Of a stretch of DNA of 64,000 nucleotides, positions 59,706 to 64,000 are shown one piece after another; the stretch's first letter is position 1; the number at the start of each line of letters is the position of its first letter. The translations under genes were made by a program, and so were the position numbers. Source of the DNA: an uncultured Verrucomicrobiae bacterium (GTDB lineage Bacteria; Verrucomicrobiota; Verrucomicrobiia; Chthoniobacterales; UBA10450); assembly GCA_963735805.1 (NCBI GenBank), contig CAVTMK010000002.1, forward strand, positions 1,536,001 to 1,600,000, given 5' to 3'. The notes under the pieces were generated by a model. The model did not search any database. It was not told the DNA's origin and saw only the letters and a list, made by a program, of their open reading frames with translations.

Positions 59706-62294
59706 CTACCCGGGCAGGTGCGGCGATCCGGCATCACTCGCGGTCGCTGCAATCACGGGTGTCGACGCCGGCGTAGCAGTTTTGCCTTTTCGCGTTACCC
59801 GCTGCAGAACGGCGCGCTGCGCTGCCAGGTCCACGAGTTCCGCTACCCGTGACTTCAGTACGCGCGCGCGTGTCCAGAGAAAGACCAGAAAGAGCAGGTA
59901 GGTAACAAGGAACCAAAGATCGACATGTGAAATGTTGAGCTGCCTATAGATCAACAGACTCAATATAATGAGATTAAGAATTATGGTTGTCGTAACAAAC
60001 CTGTTGCGAAGCCGAACACGGGTCAGGCACTTTCCGCCGCCGTGATACTCCGTGACGGTCTGAAGAGCGATGCTCCACCAAAAATTCCCATAGATTTGAA
60101 TGTCCCATTCATTCCATCCGCTGTCGGTGGAGTAACGCCAGCCTTCTTCATCGAGCAATTCGAAGATGGCACCGAGCAAATAGTGGCGGTCCCGACCTTG
60201 TTCGTTCCAAAAAACCCGGCGACTCAGACCGCCCAGAAACCGGCGTCGCTCCGGTAAATGTTCGTGCGCTCGAATCACGCTTCTCGGTGTGCGCTTGAAA
60301 TGCAGCCAGGTGAAATACCGGGAAAATCCTCGTACGAGCGGTTGAACAAAAGCTAGCAACATGACAAGCAACCGCGCACCTGCCGTATCGAATTTCGGCT
60401 CAATGGAAGCTCGCACCATATAGGAAAGAGCAACGCACAGAGTACCCCCGAGCATGAGATAAGGCACAATGCGCAGCGCCGGGAGAAAGATCCCAAGGCC
60501 AAAGAGAAAAATGGTCAGGGCAAACCACTCAATACTGCTTAAGTAGGCGGCTACGTCGGATTGGGGTGTGGGGTAAATCGATTGGAAAAAACCTTCGCCG
60601 AAAATTCCGTGATAGATCACCGGCCGGTTGACGAACCAGCTGAACCGCGGCGTTCCGTAAATCTGGCCGCGCCATTTTGCAGTGCCTGTTGGTCCGAAAA
60701 AGATCAAATGCTTAAAGCGCAGCAAAGACTCTGCTTCACCGTAACCGTCTTGCTGTTTTAAAAAAGCGCGGAGAGTAAAACGCCGATAGTGCCAGACGAT
60801 CGCCGTTGGACTGAACGCAATGACCCAACCGGCCTGCTGAATTCGCCAGCAAAAATCGACATCATCGCCTGCTTTGCGGTATTCGGTGTCAAAGCCGCCT
60901 ACGCTTTCAAACGCCCAGCGATAAAACGCCATGTTACACCCGGGAATGTGCTCGGCGACTACATCGGTAAGAAGCACATGACTCGGTCCGCCTGGCGCCG
61001 CCGCCACGCAGGCCTGAATCCAATTTTTCGCTGGCGGCGTCACGTTTGGGCCGCCTACTCCGGCATAACTGCCGCTCACCAGGGTGCCAATGAGATAATA
61101 GAGCCAATCTGCATCGACCATGCAGTCCGAATCGGTGTAGGCAAAGACTTCTCCCTTAGCTGCGCTGGCGCCGGTATTCCGAGCGTGGCTCAATCCCTGA
61201 TTACTTTGATGAATGTAGCGCACCCACGGGAATCGCGCCGCAATGTGAGATGTGTCGTCGGTCGATCCATCATCGACCAAAATGACTTCATACTCGGGAT
61301 AGCTGACCTTGCCTAACGACTCAAGGCAGGATGCAAGAGTAGAGCCACCGTTGTACGAACACACGATCACCGAAATGAACGGCGTCTTCGGCAAGGGACG
61401 ACGAGGCAAGGTGGAACTATCTCGCCCCAGTTTCTCTTCCAGCATGTAAAAGGCCTTCTTCGGTTGGCGCTCCCGCGTAACGACCCCAAATGCCCAATCG
61501 GTGACTTCCTGGCCGCCGGTAAACCATTCGTCCGTCCATGTAAAAAGAATGGTTCCAGCAAGACCGCATTTTACGACGCTATCGATATGCCAGCTGAGCA
61601 TTTCGGCTTGCTCGTCCTGTGAGTGCCGGATCGTGTCCATGCCGAATTCGCCCAGGATAAGCGGCCGCTCGCCGGTCAGATTTTGCAGTCGCAGCAGGTA
61701 GCCTTCGAAATCGCGCTGATTGTGAAGATAAACATTGAAGCAGCAAAAATCGGAATTCTGCGGTAGCAGATATTCGGTCGGCGGATAAGTGGCATAGGAA
61801 AAAAGAGCATCCGGATCGATGGCACGTCCGATCCGAATCAATTCTTCTACAAATTCAATTACCCGGCGCGCGCCGAGCCAGCGCGCCATCGTGCTGGAGA
61901 TCTCGTTGCCGACGAGATAACCAAGAATTGCGGGATGCCCAGGGTATTTACTCACCGAAACACGAACAGCTTCAGTAATCTGCCTGCGAACCGATCTTTC
62001 GCGCAGGAACTCAATATGTTTTTCCCACGGAAGAGTCACCAGCACACGCATCCCTTCTTTAGTGCACCGATCGAGAAACCAGGGTGGCGGCGCGTGATAA
62101 ATCCGCACAACGTTTAGACCGGCCTTTCGCATCAGGGCAAGATCGACGTCGACCTGCTCGGGCGCTCCGAGATAGTTGCCTTCGGCATCCGGCTTGAAAG
62201 GACCGTAGGTAACGCCTTTAACGAAAAACTTCTTGTCACCTTGCAAAAAGAATTTCGCCGCCGGGCGAATTCGTTGGTCTCCGGCCGTTGTCAT
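59706..62294 (-). CDS. Fusion of a glycoside hydrolase TIM-barrel (GH2-like), a GT2 glycosyltransferase and C-terminal TMs
   Basis: VKGVTYGPF, VGNEI, ILGEFG; then SVIVCSYN, VDDGSTD, TDSD, GDDVDFCWR. Confidence 0.9.
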   Translation of the reverse strand: MTTAGDQRIRPAAKFFLQGDKKFFVKGVTYGPFKPDAEGNYLGAPEQVDVDLALMRKAGLNVVRIYHAPPPWFLDRCTKEGMRVLVTLPWEKHIEFLRERSVRRQITEAVRVSVSKYPGHPAILGYLVGNEISSTMARWLGARRVIEFVEELIRIGRAIDPDALFSYATYPPTEYLLPQNSDFCCFNVYLHNQRDFEGYLLRLQNLTGERPLILGEFGMDTIRHSQDEQAEMLSWHIDSVVKCGLAGTILFTWTDEWFTGGQEVTDWAFGVVTRERQPKKAFYMLEEKLGRDSSTLPRRPLPKTPFISVIVCSYNGGSTLASCLESLGKVSYPEYEVILVDDGSTDDTSHIAARFPWVRYIHQSNQGLSHARNTGASAAKGEVFAYTDSDCMVDADWLYYLIGTLVSGSYAGVGGPNVTPPAKNWIQACVAAAPGGPSHVLLTDVVAEHIPGCNMAFYRWAFESVGGFDTEYRKAGDDVDFCWRIQQAGWVIAFSPTAIVWHYRRFTLRAFLKQQDGYGEAESLLRFKHLIFFGPTGTAKWRGQIYGTPRFSWFVNRPVIYHGIFGEGFFQSIYPTPQSDVAAYLSSIEWFALTIFLFGLGIFLPALRIVPYLMLGGTLCVALSYMVRASIEPKFDTAGARLLVMLLAFVQPLVRGFSRYFTWLHFKRTPRSVIRAHEHLPERRRFLGGLSRRVFWNEQGRDRHYLLGAIFELLDEEGWRYSTDSGWNEWDIQIYGNFWWSIALQTVTEYHGGGKCLTRVRLRNRFVTTTIILNLIILSLLIYRQLNISHVDLWFLVTYLLFLVFLWTRARVLKSRVAELVDLAAQRAVLQRVTRKGKTATPASTPVIAATASDAGSPHLPG

Positions 62295-62372
62295 GTCGAG
62301 CGAAGTCGAGAGATCCCTCAATATTTAATGCGATTCAATCAAGAGATTCCTCGACTCCGCTCGGAATGACAA
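62288..62372. repeat. TGTCAT palindromic element overlapping the GT2 gene start
   Basis: TTGTCATGTCGAGCGAAGTCGAGAGATCCCT...AGAGATTCCTCGACTCCGCTCGGAATGACAA. Confidence 0.85.
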
Positions 62373-62435
62373 AAGAGAAACGCTGGCGAAGTCGAAAATT
62401 CTAAGCGTGTTCTTGGAAAACACGAGTTGTTTCCT

Positions 62436-63746
62436 CTACAAGGTAGCGAGGACTTCGCGAATCACAGCGGCGGTACGTTCGAGATGTTCCGGCGTGTGCG
62501 CCGTGGATATGAACCCGGTCTCAAACTGCGATGGCGCGAAATAGATCCCGCGGTTTAGACACCCATGAAAAAATCCGGCGAACTTTTTCAAATCGCTCCG
62601 CTGCGCGCTCGCCAGATCGAGAATCGGCCCCTGCGCAAAAAACAAACAGAACATTGAACCGATTCTATGAAAGGTGAAGTCGGGCATCTCCTGGCTGCCG
62701 CGGGATGAATTCGATGTGGCGAACTTAATTGCTTCTCGGGCAGCTGTCTCGAACTGTGCGCCAAGCTCTGCCAGCAATTTCCATCCATTGATCCGCTCGA
62801 GTTCACGCAGTTGTGCGAGACCTGCAGCCATAGCCAAAGGATTACCGGACAACGTTCCTGCCTGATAAACGGGACCATCAGGTGAAAGCTGATCCATGAT
62901 TTCGGCCCGTCCACCGAACGCGCCCACCGGGAGCCCGCCCCCAATCACTTTTCCTAGTGCTGTCAGATCGGGTGTGACTCCGTAAATTTCCTGTGCGCCT
63001 CCGCGCGCTAGGCGGAAACCGGTAATGACTTCGTCAAAGATCAAGAGCGTACTGTTGACCGTGCATTCGTCCCGCAAGGCCGCTAAAAAATCGTCGCCCG
63101 GAAGATAGAGCCCTGCATTGGCAGGAACAGGTTCTACTATTACTGCTGCGATTTTCCCCTTATTCTCGGCAAATGCTTTTCGCACTCGGCCGGCATCGTT
63201 GAATGGCAGTGAGATGGTGAGCTCGGCAAATGCTTGCGGCACGCCTGCGCTGTCAGGCCTGCCGTGAGTGAGCGCGCCGCTTCCCGTTTTGACAAGGAGC
63301 CCATCGACATGGCCGTGATAACACCCATCGAACTTGATGATCCTGTCGCGCCGGGTGAAGGCGCGCGCCAGTCGAATGCATGACATGGTCGCTTCCGTGC
63401 CGCTGCTTACCATCCGCACTTTCTCGATCGACGGCACCCAACTGCAAATCAATTCCGCCATCTCCACTTCGAGTGGATTTGGAATTCCAAAACTCAAGCC
63501 GTGCGTAGCAACTTCTCGCACAGCGTCCACGACGACTTTTGGCGCGTGCCCGAGAATCGCTGGTCCCCAGCTTCCCACGTAGTCGATGTATTCCTTTCCA
63601 TCGACGTCCCAAATCTTCGCGCCCCCGGCGTGGGATACAAAGAACGGCGCGCTACCCACATTGCGAAACGCGCGTACCGGCGAATTCACACCCGCGGGAA
63701 TCCGTTTCTGCGCAGCGGCGAAGAGTTGCGATGAATGGAAAGTCAT
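62436..63746 (-). CDS. hemL: Glutamate-1-semialdehyde 2,1-aminomutase
   Basis: GVNSPVRAF, SSGTEATMS, FDEVITGFR, LGKVIGGGLPVGA, YQAGTLSGNP, APSQFE. Confidence 0.96.
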   Translation of the reverse strand: MTFHSSQLFAAAQKRIPAGVNSPVRAFRNVGSAPFFVSHAGGAKIWDVDGKEYIDYVGSWGPAILGHAPKVVVDAVREVATHGLSFGIPNPLEVEMAELICSWVPSIEKVRMVSSGTEATMSCIRLARAFTRRDRIIKFDGCYHGHVDGLLVKTGSGALTHGRPDSAGVPQAFAELTISLPFNDAGRVRKAFAENKGKIAAVIVEPVPANAGLYLPGDDFLAALRDECTVNSTLLIFDEVITGFRLARGGAQEIYGVTPDLTALGKVIGGGLPVGAFGGRAEIMDQLSPDGPVYQAGTLSGNPLAMAAGLAQLRELERINGWKLLAELGAQFETAAREAIKFATSNSSRGSQEMPDFTFHRIGSMFCLFFAQGPILDLASAQRSDLKKFAGFFHGCLNRGIYFAPSQFETGFISTAHTPEHLERTAAVIREVLATL

Positions 63747-63911
63747 ACTCCGTTCAGACGCTCAACGGTCAGTGTCCAACGTTCAATGCACAATTTTGCA
63801 GGGCAGCGCTCCCCGACTCTCACCGCTCCACTGCTCGTCACTGTTCTTCTGTCGTCCCGTCTGGATTGACACGCTGTCAGCGCACTCGATAATTTCATTT
63901 CCCAAGCGTCC

Positions 63912-63983
63912 GGCGGGGTAGCCAAGTGGTAAGGTCGCGGTCTGCAAAACCGCTATTCGCGGGTTCGATTCCCGCCCCCGCCT
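63912..63983 (+). tRNA. tRNA-Cys (GCA)
   Basis: GGCGGGG/CCCCGCC acceptor stem, GCGGT-CTGCAAA-ACCGC anticodon arm, GGTTCGATTCC T-loop, U discriminator; CCA not encoded. Confidence 0.96.
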
Positions 63984-64000
63984 CTTTTCATCGGTAACTC

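Overview
A 64 kb bacterial chromosomal segment, mostly minus-strand genes. The gene content suggests a soil Verrucomicrobia (Chthoniobacterales-like) host: an Amuc_1098-1101-like pilus cluster, mcsA-mcsB-clpC and low-complexity secreted proteins. That host call is an inference. The core genes are hutH-hutU, a sulfite oxidase, an MBL-rhodanese, an actinobacterial-type sdh cluster, asd, a UDP-glucuronate decarboxylase, trpS, mlaEFD, xerC, ilvE, trmL, tal, an HpnO-like aminotransferase, purL/F/M, a GH-GT2 fusion, hemL and tRNA-Cys. The less ordinary signals are: (1) a palindromic repeat family whose terminal ATGACA appears to supply the start codon of xerC, purM and the GT2 gene; (2) a 1.3 kb islet between 15-bp direct repeats, carrying two small CxxC-CxxC ORFs and a coiled-coil ORF; (3) a four-helix-bundle gene between sdhA and sdhB, bracketed by inverted heptamer arrays that contain its start and stop codons; (4) a tandem duplication of a promoter plus a micro-lipoprotein gene; (5) an integron-type gene cassette; (6) a frameshift in the Sdh membrane anchor gene. 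All product calls come from motif recognition by eye; no database searches were run.
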